The position numbers and the translations under genes are program-made. DNA of 32,903 nucleotides from Octopus bimaculoides (taxonomy: Eukaryota): NCBI RefSeq assembly GCF_001194135.2, contig NC_068981.1, forward strand, positions 5,146,747 to 5,179,649, in the 5' to 3' direction. This document shows, piece after piece, positions 10,387 through 21,427 of the stretch (positions are counted from its first letter, which is position 1; the number at the start of each line of letters is the position of its first letter). The notes beneath the pieces are model-generated. The model did no database searches. It was given only the letters and a program-made list of their open reading frames with translations, and had not been told where the DNA came from.

Positions 10387-11130
10387 CTACATACAAACTA
10401 CACACACATATCTACATACACGCATAGGTTCTCACACGCAAACGCGCACATCTTCATCAACACATATATACAGACAGATGTACACGTATATACACATATA
10501 CAGACACACACATATACAAACATATACGCGTATACACACATACACGTATAAATACATACTCATATCCACGTATAGTTTTTTTTTTTTTGCTGAAATTTTG
10601 CTCTGTTAGCAAATTGTTCGTGCACGACCTTGCAGGGTCGACGGCAAAAAACGAAATCTTTACATGAAAAACGAAATGCAACGACAATACAGGTTATATA
10701 AAAATCTGTATTGCACACACATTCGACTACAGAAATACATTCACGCACACATCACATTATATATATACACACGCGCATATTTAACAATGGAAATAGTTTC
10801 TTTCACACACACAGCTACGTAGTGAGTGATATAATGATACAATCTTTATTGTACTGAATACACAGAAAACATCTTTCTGTTTCATTCTTAGTTCTTTGTT
10901 AAGTATTAAGGTCAAATACAGTTCTTTTTGTTATGTATCGGAACGCGACAAAACTGGGGAGGCACCAGTAGATTCAATTTACACATACACACAGAGCTAC
11001 ACACCGCAATATTACCAATCAAATTTTAGTAAAAATGGCACAATATGCTTACTGAAATATACACCATTGGCTTGTAATCCGTATTTCACAAGTTGCATTC
11101 TTTACTGTACATATTATATATATATATATA

Positions 11131-11914
11131 CTAGCAGCTAAGCCCGGTTCCACCTGGTCAGTTTGGGTGATGTGGCTGTAAAACCTGCTCTGTGTAAACA
11201 TTCAACTTGTTTGGGTACGTTTACGTTAAAAAAACAATTTTAGAATGACATTTTTCTGTCAAAACGCTAATAATAACTCACCACCAAAAANNNNNNNNNN
11301 NNNNNNNNNNNNNNNNNNNNNNNNNNNNNNNNNNNNNNNNNNNNNNNNNNNNNNNNNNNNNNNNNNNNNNNNNNNNNNNNNNNNNNNNNNNNNNNNNNNN
11401 NNNNNNNNNNNNNNNNNNNNNNNNNNNNNNNNNNNNNNNNNNNNNNNNNNNNNNNNNNNNNNNNNNNNNNNNNNNNNNNNNNNNNNNNNNNNNNNNNNNN
11501 NNNNNNNNNNNNNNNNNNNNNNNNNNNNNNNNNNNNNNNNNNNNNNNNNNNNNNNNNNNNNNNNNNNNNNNNNNNNNNNNNNNNNNNNNNNNNNNNNNNN
11601 NNNNNNNNNNNNNNNNNNNNNNNNNNNNNNNNNNNNNNNNNNNNNNNNNNNNNNNNNNNNNNNNNNNNNNNNNNNNNNNNNNNNNNNNNNNNNNNNNNNN
11701 NNNNNNNNNNNNNNNNNNNNNNNNNNNNNNNNNNNNNNNNNNNNNNNNNNNNNNNNNNNNNNNNNNNNNNNNNNNNNNNNNNNNNNNNNNNNNNNNNNNN
11801 NNNNNNNNNNNNNNNNNNNNNNNNNNNNNNNNNNNNNNNNNNNNNNNNNNNNNNNNNNNNATCTATCACCCCTTCCTTTCTCGTCCATAAACACAGGAGT
11901 ATTATTATAGTAGA
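11131..11914 (-). mobile_element. Non-autonomous Helitron spanning the 11291-11860 gap
   Basis: Minus-strand 5' end A|TCTACTATAATAAT at 11914; 3' end ...CTAG|T at 11131; GC hairpin ccggttccacctgg (11144-11157) ~9 nt from the CTAG; no TSD, inserted between A and T. Confidence 0.65.
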
Positions 11915-12065
11915 TTATCTCGGTTACCATGGGAGCTATGAAAATACAAAGCCCAGCATCACCACCGGATCATTCTACACATCTGTGTAATTTTTCGTGC
12001 AATTCCACCCAACCATTTGACCGTGAATCCCAAGACAAGAAAGAATCGCCCATGTCAAATTTATA

Positions 12066-12324
12066 TGTGAGTGGATTTGGTAGACGGAAACTGAAAGAAG
12101 CCCGTCGTATATATATGTGTGTGTGTTATTTGTGTGTGATTACCCCTCACCATCGCTTGATAACCTATGCTGGTGTGTTTACATCCCCGTAGCTTAGCGG
12201 TTCGGCAAAAGAAAACGATAGAATATGTACTAGGCTTACAAAGAATAAGTTCTGGGGGTGGTTTGTTCGACTAGAAGCGGTGCTCCAGCAAGACCGCAGT
12301 CAAATGACAAAAGAATAAAAGAAT
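12066..12324 (+). mobile_element. Family A SINE, 5'-truncated
   Basis: Starts at tgtgagtggatttggtagacggaaactgaaagaagcccgtcg and has a complete 3' half. Confidence 0.9.
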
Positions 12325-12442
12325 ACACACACATATTTATATAGAAGGTGACTATATAGTGTCATATAAACATATACATACCTAAAATCTTTATTCTACT
12401 TCTTTTGCCAATGGCATATATTTCAGTAAACTTATTGCACCA

Positions 12443-12849
12443 TTCTTTTACTTGTTTCAGTCATTTGACTGCGGCCATGCTGGAGCACCGCCTTTAGTCG
12501 AGCAAATCGACCCCAGGACTTATTCTTTGGAAGCCTAGTACTTATTCTATCGATCTCTTTTGCCGAACCGCTATGTTACGGGGACGTAAACACACCAGCA
12601 TCGGTTGTCAAGCGATGGTGGGGAGACAAACACAGACACACAAACATATACACACACATACATATATATATATATACATATATACGACGGGCTTCTTTCA
12701 GTTTCCGTCTACCAAATCCACTGACAAGGCTTTGGTCGGCCCGAGGCTATAGTAGAAGACACTTGCCCAAGGTGCCACGCAGTGGGACTGAACCCAGAAC
12801 CATGTGGTTGGTAAGCAAGCTACTTACCACACAGCCACTCCTGCGCCTA
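12443..12849 (-). mobile_element. Family A SINE, full length
   Basis: Reverse complement of the family A consensus, with an internal CA/TA linker. Confidence 0.9.
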
Positions 12850-12869
12850 TTATTACCGCTCACCACACA

Positions 12870-12882
12870 CACACACACGCGC

Positions 12883-12925
<43 letters not shown>

Positions 12926-13240
12926 TGNNNNNNNNNNNNNNNNNNNNNNNNNNNNNNNNNNNNNNNNNNNNNNNNNNNNNNNNNNNNNNNNNNNNNNNNN
13001 NNNNNNNNNNNNNNNNNNNNNNNNNNNNNNNNNNNNNNNNNNNNNNNNNNNNNNNNNNNNNNNNNNNNNNNNNNNNNNNNNNNNNNNNNNNNNNNNNNNN
13101 NNNNNNNNNNNNNNNNNNNNNNNNNNNNNNNNNNNNNNNNNNNNNNNNNNNNNNNNNNNNNNNNNNNNNNNNNNNNNNNNNNNNNNNNNNNNNNNNNNNN
13201 NNNNNNNNNNNNNNNNNNNNNNNNNNNNNNNNNNNNNNNN

Positions 13241-13307
<67 letters not shown>

Positions 13308-13322
13308 TGTGTGTGTGTGTGT
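12870..13322. repeat. (GCGT)n tetranucleotide array interrupted by a gap
   Basis: gcgt repeats on both sides of the N run 12928-13240. Confidence 0.9.
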
Positions 13323-13393
13323 GTCAGACAAAGTGAGATAACAAAGGCAAGGGTGTGAGGAGTTTTCAGGACATTTAAAAGGAAAAAGATATA

Positions 13394-13441
13394 GTCTTAC
13401 AGCTGTTTCTGGGATATTATGGATATCCCTTCATCAGATAC
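13394..13441 (-). ncRNA. Type I hammerhead ribozyme motif (PLE type)
   Basis: gtat-CTGATGA-a-gggata-tccataa-tatccc-a-GAAA-c-agct-g-TA-agac. Six-bp stem II, palindromic acagctgt stem III, GUA site, and stem I with one mismatch. Confidence 0.8.
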
Positions 13442-13598
13442 GATGTGAGATGGTTGAATAGAGGCAAATTTTTGAGTTCGAAATATGGAGTTATTATGGA
13501 AAAAGGAGGAGGCAAGGAATATAGAGGGAAATAAGAGAATGAAGGTAGAAATAAAATTTAAAACATTGTAGTTGCAGTTCCATTATAGAATATTGGAA

Positions 13599-13657
13599 CT
13601 TATTCTTTGTAAGCCTAGTACTTATTCTACTGGTCACTTTTGCCGAACCGTTAAGTA
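13599..13657 (-). mobile_element. Family A SINE internal fragment
   Basis: acttattctttgtaagcctagtacttattcta...ttttgccgaaccgttaag matches the family A 3' half in reverse. Confidence 0.75.
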
Positions 13658-14067
13658 GTGTATAGAAGCGGTAAAAAAAGTTTCCTGTACATGGTATGTA
13701 AGTTCCAATAGTAGTTCATGGTTAGTCATTTCAAAGTATGGAGCCGTGAATTCTGTGCTGCTCATTCGGAGGGGTTTTGTGGTGTGAATGAAAATATGTG
13801 TGCGTGTGTGTGTGTGTGACAGAAAGGCGGGGGATTAGTTATAGGATTCATAAGAATCTAGGCACACCAACACGTAGGACGCCAGAAACGGCTAGGTACA
13901 ATAACATTGGGTTCACAGTGAGGTAAGACAACAATAAAATTTGTTGGTAGAATCCTGGAGATATGGAAATACAAAATCCAATTTAAACCATAGATCCAGC
14001 TCGAGACTGGTTCTAGGTGTGGCGTAGGAAAAAAGAACACAAATGCGGTTTAAAATCTACTAGAGTT

Positions 14068-14132
14068 GTTTCGGTAGAATTTTACTGGTGTATTTATGGA
14101 TTACATCATAGCATACATTCCACCATCTTCAG
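14068..14132 (-). ncRNA. Hammerhead-like motif with a long stem II loop
   Basis: CTGAAGA-t-ggtggaat-(36-nt loop)-attctacc-GAAA-c. The 8-bp stem II includes one G.U pair; stems I and III are degraded. Confidence 0.5.
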
Positions 14133-14153
14133 GTAAAATTTTCAACAGGTATA

Positions 14154-14332
14154 GGCGTAGGAGTGGCTGTGTGGTAAGTAGCTTGCTTACCAACCACATG
14201 GTTCCGGGTTCAGTCCCACTGCGTGGCACCTTGGGCAAGTGTCTTCTACTATAGCCTCGGGCCGACCAAAGCCTTGTGAGTGGATTTGGTAGACGGAAAC
14301 TGAAAGAAGCCTGTCGTATATATGTATATATG

Positions 14333-14371
<39 letters not shown>

Positions 14372-14577
14372 TTGTGTGTCTCTGTCCCCACTAACATCGC
14401 TTGACAACCGATGCTGGTGTGTTTACGTCCCCGTAACTTAGCGGTTCGGCTAAAGAGACCGATAGAATAAGTACTAGGCTTACAAAGAATAAGTCCTGGG
14501 GTTGATTTGTTTGACTAAAGGCGGTGCTCCAGCATGGCCACAGTTAAATGACTGAAATAAGTAAAAGAGTAAAAGAG
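14154..14577 (+). mobile_element. Family A SINE, full length, near consensus
   Basis: ggcgtaggagtggctgtgtggtaagtagcttgcttaccaaccacatggttccgggttcagtcccactgcg ... gtaaaagagtaaaagag. Confidence 0.92.
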
Positions 14578-14975
14578 GTGTGACAATGCTTTGATGATAA
14601 CGAATCCAGCCAAAATTGGATAACTGACATTGAAAAATTACATTCGAATTTATAGAGAAATTAGAAGTGTCTGTAACTGGCATGCGAGAAGCAGAGAGAT
14701 CAAACGACTGTTATTTCAAAATATGAGAACACGTAAAGACAGACAGACATGACATAGCCAAGCGATGTCTTGAAGCCAGGAAGATTTCTTTGTCAGTTAA
14801 GCGAGATGAAAGAAAGCAAACCTCGGAGCAGCAGAGAGAGAAAACTGTCATCGCCTCTTCACGCACGCACGTACGCGCGCACAAACACACACACACACAT
14901 ATACGTGCACATGTGCACACACACATACGCGCGCACCCACACACAGAGCCTTATATAAAATATAGCGATATCTCA

Positions 14976-15338
14976 GGCGCAGGCGTGACTGTCTGGTAAG
15001 AAGCTTGCTTCCCAACTATATGGTTCTGGGTTCAGTCCCACTGTGTGGCACCTTGGGCAAGTGTCTTCTACTATAGCCTCGTGCTGGCCAAAACCTTGTG
15101 AGTGGATTTGGTAGACGGAAACAGAAAGAAACCCGTTGTGTGTGTGTGTCCTACCACCGCTTGAAAACGGTGCTGGTGTGCTTACGTCCCTGTAACTTAG
15201 CGGTTCGGCAAAAGGAACCGATAGAATAAGGCTTTAAAAAAAGTCCTGGGGTCGATTGGTTCGACTAAAACCCTTCAAGGTGGTGCCCTAGCATGGCCGC
15301 AATCAAGTAACTGAAACAAGTAAAAGATGCAAGAAAGA

Positions 15339-15339
<1 letters not shown>
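14976..15339 (+). mobile_element. Family A SINE, full length, short (TG) linker
   Basis: Same head, body and tail as the 14154 copy, followed by (TA)n at 15343-15401. Confidence 0.9.
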
Positions 15340-15404
<65 letters not shown>

Positions 15405-15822
15405 AAATAACGTAATATAAGAAAGACATAAATCGTGCACGAGTAACAGAGTTAAGAGGTCATACACCGGATTATCAAATGCTTCCCTATACACAGAATA
15501 TAAAGATTGCAGACAAATACAATGACATTGCGTAATGAGGAGGCCAAGGACCTCACGTAATTCATCGCTCAAACAATATTTGACGATTCAGATAATATTT
15601 AAATGAGACGAGTATATTTATGAGTTTCAGCTTCCTTGAAGTTTGCCTTCTTTTATCTCACTCAACTGACAAACTATTTTCCTGACGTTGAGGACATCTC
15701 TTGGTTACAGCATCTCTGTGTCTCTTGTACGTCCTAGCAACCACTTTTGACTGTGGGTGCGGCTTTGTACTGTCTACGGCTGTCATCTTGGTTAGATTGT
15801 CATCTCGCCCTCACACTACTCT

Positions 15823-16055
15823 CTCTTTTACTCTTTTACTTGTTTCAGTCATTTGACTGCGGCCATGCTGGAGCACCGCCTTTTAGTCGAGCAAATCGAC
15901 CCCAGGACTTATTCTTTGGAAGCCTAGTACTTATTCTATCAGTCTCTTTTGCCGAACCACTAGCTTACGGGGACCTAAACACACCAGCATCGGTTGTCAA
16001 GCGATGTTGGGGGGACAAACACAGACACAAACATATACACACATATACATATATG
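15823..16055 (-). mobile_element. Family A SINE, 3' half
   Basis: Reverse complement of the 3' half, ending in the CA/TA linker. Confidence 0.9.
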
Positions 16056-16269
16056 TTTTGTTTTTCCTTTAATTGCTTAGATAGAAGAGGCGGGCGAACT
16101 ATTCACGATTCTTATTAGGGTCTCCGAGCCTAATGGGAGTAAATTATCCGCAGACATGACACCCGAAAGTTGGTAACATTGGTGGATCCTGTTGAACGTG
16201 TCCCAAGACCATGTGGCAGTGCTAAGGCAGGCAGCGATTTAAATCAGGAAACAGAGAAACGGAAACGCT

Positions 16270-16400
16270 TCCTTGGAAAAGTCTCTACAGTTTCTATCAA
16301 CCAAATTCCACTCACAAGGCTTTGGTCGACCGAGGTTACGCTAGAAGACAATTGACCAACGAGCCATGCAATGGAACCGAACCTGACACTTCGCCATAAC
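16270..16400 (-). mobile_element. Degenerate family A SINE 5' half
   Basis: accaaattccactcacaaggctttggtcgaccgagg...tagaagac. Confidence 0.7.
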
Positions 16401-17370
16401 GAAACAAATTTGTTAGCCCAACAGCGATCTCTGACTATTTTTTCTACAAACACAACTAAAAATGTCTTGGGAGGGTCATTACACCTATATAAACACACGC
16501 ACTGGTTCAATATCACTTCATTGTTAGACCATTGGTTAAATATATAGCCAACTAACTAATTGATCGTTAAACAATCAATCGGTTGTTTGTTAGTCAACGT
16601 CCTTTCGTCGCTATTCGCGACCTTTCCCATAACTTGCCCTCTCTCTTCAAGGTCTGCTCTGAGAAGTACAACTAAAACAGTTAAATTGATAAAATATTGA
16701 TGTCTGTCTGTCCATAGATCTACAGGTCACATGTGGGGTCTTTATTTACCCCCAAGTTAACCTTGATTCAGTGTACTATTCCAGCCGTGACCGTCACTTT
16801 TAAAGGTGTTGCGTGTAGGGTTACATCACACAATGTACCTATTGTTTATGTAAGACAGTAGAAAAGTGGTTTGACAGATATGACCTCTCTTTCAAGCCGG
16901 TGAAGTGTCCACGTAGTGGCCTCCACGTTCTTGCTGGGTTTTTTAAAAATCCTGGATAGGGCATTATTCTGCTTTGCCTGAGTTAGTTCTTTGCAGAAAA
17001 AGGCCAATAATTTAGATCAATGCAGTTGTGATCTAGAAAGATCAATAATCTAGAAAGATCAATCGATTATTTATCGCATGAGTGATTGGTTACAAACAAC
17101 AATCTCTCTCTCTAAAACACAATTTATATTCCAATTATTTTATCGCTCTTTAAACATCAAAGCTGTCAGCATGAACCAAATATTTTAAATCTGTTAAAAT
17201 TGACAATAATGGCTTAGAAAGGACTATCGCACTATTAAAGTAAAAGAAGGATTCTACCCGAAATTAAGCAAAGTGATTCTGGTTAATTTCACACTAAATA
17301 AAATTCTTCCACGGTTTAAGTGTATGGACGTGGAAATGGTTCTGTAGTTAAAGAGATTGACTTCGAAACT

Positions 17371-17995
17371 CAGGTGTTGGTTTTAAAAACCCTAGAGGAC
17401 TAATGAAAATATCTAGAGACCAGGTGTTGGTGGAAAAACCCAGTCGACTCTGCTAAAGGTACCCAGACCTATGTATTGGTGCAAACCCTAGTGGGCTCTG
17501 CTAAAGATACCAAGGGACCAAGTGCAAGGTATGTAAAATACAGGTAGATTTTGCTAAAGTTTCGGGTTCAAATCCCCTGCAAGGTACCTCGTGTCTTAAA
17601 TTCCTGTAAGTAAAATTCGGTAGACGAAAACAGTTCGTTGCTCACGAGGAAGGGACTTCATCTGGCGTCTGGTTTAAACACCATCATCTGGTATTTGGGT
17701 ACATATAGAGATCAACATCGCCTGATCCCTGGTTATCTTTAGCAAACTATCGTGGTTCAGCTCCACCACCCAGTATTTGGGTACCTTTAGCAGAATCTAG
17801 TGTTTTACGTCCCCAGGCCCCTGGATACCCTTGGCAGAGTATGGTATAATACCAACTCGTGGTCCTCGGGTACATTTTGCAGAGTCACTAGGGTTTAATA
17901 CATCTAACTGATCCCTAGTAACCTGTATCAGGGTTTACTAGGATTTACCACCACCTGATCCCTGGTTACTTTTTGTAGACTAGTGTTTTACAACT
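17371..17995. repeat. Two inverted arrays of a degenerate ~48-bp unit around a short spacer
   Basis: Left units carry ctctgctaaagg at 17448 and 17496 and ttttgctaaag at 17549; right units carry the complement ctttagcag at 17737, 17785, ~17830 and ~17875. Confidence 0.7.
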
Positions 17996-18165
17996 CTTGG
18001 TTGCCCGATATTGTATGCTGTGCATTTAAAGCAACAGACCAAAAAATACTTAAATTCATGGTATTATTTACAAGAAACAGCCATTTTGTTTTTTGAATGG
18101 CAGTCCTAAATGTTAAGGCTTTGCAGCAAAAACCTATTTTCTTTACTTCAAAATAACAATGCGTT

Positions 18166-18394
18166 TGGCACTCCGTTGGTTACAACGACAAGGGCTCCAG
18201 TTGATCCGATCAACGGAACAGACTGCTCGTGAAATTAGTGTGCAAGTGACTGAGAACTCCACAGACACGTGTACCCTTAACGTAGTTCTCGGGGAGATTC
18301 AGCGTGGCACAGAGTGTGACAAGGCTGGCCCCTTTGAAATACAGGTACAACAGAAACAGGAAGAAAGAGAGAAAGTTGTGGTGAAAGAGTACAG
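18166..18394 (-). mobile_element. SINE 3' part, Ceph-SINE-like; 5' end lost in the gap
   Basis: Minus strand reads ...gccagccttgtcacactctgtgccacgctgaatctccccgagaactacgttaagggtacacgtgtctgtggag...gagtgcca. Resemblance to cephalopod Ceph-SINE central and RTE-type tail regions is from memory. Confidence 0.6.
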
Positions 18395-18861
18395 NNNNNN
18401 NNNNNNNNNNNNNNNNNNNNNNNNNNNNNNNNNNNNNNNNNNNNNNNNNNNNNNNNNNNNNNNNNNNNNNNNNNNNNNNNNNNNNNNNNNNNNNNNNNNN
18501 NNNNNNNNNNNNNNNNNNNNNNNNNNNNNNNNNNNNNNNNNNNNNNNNNNNNNNNNNNNNNNNNNNNNNNNNNNNNNNNNNNNNNNNNNNNNNNNNNNNN
18601 NNNNNNNNNNNNNNNNNNNNNNNNNNNNNNNNNNNNNNNNNNNNNNNNNNNNNNNNNNNNNNNNNNNNNNNNNNNNNNNNNNNNNNNNNNNNNNNNNNNN
18701 NNNNNNNNNNNNNNNNNNNNNNNNNNNNNNNNNNNNNNNNNNNNNNNNNNNNNNNNNNNNNNNNNNNNNNNNNNNNNNNNNNNNNNNNNNNNNNNNNNNN
18801 NNNNNNNNNNNNNNNNNNNNNNNNNNNNNNNNNNNNNNTATATATTGCACGTGCGCGTGCC

Positions 18862-18936
18862 CCTCACCACCACTTGACACTGGTCTTGGTGTGTTTACAT
18901 CCCCGTAACATAGCGGCACGAAAAAGACAGCGATAG
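18862..18936 (+). mobile_element. Family A SINE fragment
   Basis: cttgacactggtcttggtgtgtttacatccccgtaacatagcgg. Confidence 0.7.
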
Positions 18937-19261
18937 GTTTGAAAAAAAAGTGGAAATAGCGGGTGCTGCATTTCCTATACTCGAGCCGCCACTGGAAAAG
19001 GGTTTTATTTCGGAACCCGATAAAGCAAAATAGTTTTCAATTACCTATAACCACACTTCGGATAATCTTCCTTGGACATGATACCGCCTCTAAGAGAGTG
19101 AACCATTTGGTCGAATCTCTTTTATAAAACAAGTATGTGGGTCCCTACATATGGATATTTCTGTCCTTAGTTTAAAGGTAAAGGTTGTTAGTTCTATTCT
19201 AGACTGGAACTATCAGAAAATAAAAGGATGGAAAATGTAGATACAAGATTTTAAATATATA

Positions 19262-19453
19262 CTTGGGGGTGCTCAGAAGTTCCTGGTTGGAGGCCCCAAC
19301 CCTCCGAGTTCTTTTACAGGACTTTGAAAAACTGAAGGCCCGCTGCAACAAATGTGTGAATCTTAGAGGGAAATATGTTGGATAAATTCATAATTAACTG
19401 ATCCTCCTGTATTTTCTTTTACCCAAAGCCAGGAACTTTTCAACACCGCCTCG
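19262..19453 (+). mobile_element. Internally deleted mariner (Tc1/mariner) element
   Basis: TA TSDs; TIRs cttgggggtgctcagaagttcctgg / ccaggaacttttcaacaccgcctcg; 19311-19385 encodes LLQDFEKLKARCNKCVNLRGKYVG*, like a mariner transposase C-terminus. Confidence 0.8.
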
Positions 19454-20047
19454 TATACTTGAATGAAAGAATATATATTATTAATATCTATTATGAAAAT
19501 ATATCACAAACTCCTGAATAGCTTGCAGAATTATAACTTATAATAACTCCTCTAATTTAGACATTTAAACAAACAGCAAAGACAACACAATGATCAGTGG
19601 TTGGTATTAATTTAGCTCTGAAAATTTGATTAAAATCTCAGACATGGTGTCGTTACAAGCAGAAACAAATTTCATTATCTAAACGCCCTAGATTTGTTTG
19701 TAACGGTAATTGCAAAAAAAAAAATCTTTTTTTTTTTTTTTCGTGATAATTTCTCCCTGAAGATATCTTAGAAGCAATGCATATACTGTAATCTTGCAGA
19801 CTTTTCTATCTGCAAAGTAATTACGACTTATCGCCCCTTTGTTAAGAAGTGCAGACTTCTCAATGCAGCGCTAATGCAGCTGTTCTCTAACGAAGCATCT
19901 GTCTTTGTCGACTGTTTTGATATAGTTGGACAGAGTTTTCGATGTGGAGAGAGATTTAAAATAGGAAAAGGTGAAGTGGAGGCCCGGAAGAAAAAAATTC
20001 ATTCATTTTATAATCGTTATTTGCTCAGTTTATCATGGTATAAATTA

Positions 20048-20275
20048 TTAAGGCGGTGAGCTGGTAGAATCATGAGCGCATCAGACAAACTGCTAAGCAA
20101 CATTTCTTCTTGCTCTATGTTCTGAGTTCGAATTCCACTGAGGTCAAATTTGCCTTTCATCCCATTCGGGATCGATAAAACAAAATATCAGTCAAGCTCT
20201 CGAGTCGGTGTAATCGACTGGCCCTCTCCCTTCTCAAATTCGCTGGTCTTGTGCCGAAATTTGAAGCAAATTATT
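20048..20275 (+). mobile_element. Family B SINE
   Basis: taaggcggtgagctggtagaatc ... gagttcgaattcc ... gcctttcatccc ... gatcgataaa ... gtaatcgact ... cttgtgcc. Confidence 0.8.
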
Positions 20276-20910
20276 AGCATTTTATTTGCCACAAGGACAG
20301 CAAATGCACACATTTGGTACACGATGATACATGGAACNNNNNNNNNNNNNNNNNNNNNNNNNNNNNNNNNNNNNNNNNNNNNNNNNNNNNNNNNNNNNNN
20401 NNNNNNNNNNNNNNNNNNNNNNNNNNNNNNNNNNNNNNNNNNNNNNNNNNNNNNNNNNNNNNNNNNNNNNNNNNNNNNNNNNNNNNNNNNNNNNNNNNNN
20501 NNNNNNNNNNNNNNNNNNNNNNNNNNNNNNNNNNNNNNNNNNNTTTTTTTTTTTTTTTTTTTGCATCCAGTAACAAACGTCTACGTGTAGTGAATGAATA
20601 ATTGTCTTAGGTCATTAACCTTCTGTGCGTACATTGTCTTGTGCGCGCGTTAAACGTGTGTGCGCGCGCACATGCGCACAGTTTAGAGAGATTACTAATA
20701 CAAATCCTACACATACATTACATAGATATCCACACCGGGAGAAAAAGTAAGCGTTGAAGCCAAGATTTATTCGTTCCAAGTTGATGATTTGCTTGTTACT
20801 CAGAGTTTCCCACCATGTCATAGTATTTTTGTCCCTTGAACATAACGAAACTGAGTAATAACATCGCTATCATCTCTCTCTGAGCGTCTCTGTCTGTCTC
20901 TCTGAGCGTC

Positions 20911-20945
<35 letters not shown>

Positions 20946-21196
20946 ATTTCTCTGTTTCTCCACCTTGTTCGTCCTGACGACGATCCAGAAATCTACTTCG
21001 ATCCAAAAACTCCGGCAGCATCTAGTTTCTCAGCAAGAATCTGCAGTCTCTCACCATCTCGTCTTCGCGGAGTTTGTCAATGACGGTCTTCTGGACGATT
21101 GGTAGATCAAAGGTGATATTCGGAATTGAAACACAAGCAACTTTTTGCGTGCTTATGCATCTGTTACCCATCATACGACGGATACTTTTGAAAGTA

Positions 21197-21417
21197 CAGT
21201 AACCCCTCGACTATCGCGGTGTTACGTTCCACCCCGACTCCACGCGATAAATCAAAATCCGCGAAGTAGAAACAGTACTGTATATCTTTTTATTATTTTT
21301 TTAATAATTTGCATATACTTATTTTATTATAAATGCAAAACAACACCACAGAGGAACCGATGTAAGCTTAAATAATAAACCATGATAGGTGAACCGCAAT
21401 ATGGCGAGGGATTACTG
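21197..21417. mobile_element. Tigger/pogo-type MITE
   Basis: TA TSDs; TIRs cagtaacccctcgactatcgcgg / ccgcaatatggcgagggattactg. Confidence 0.8.
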
Positions 21418-21427
21418 TATACCTTAG

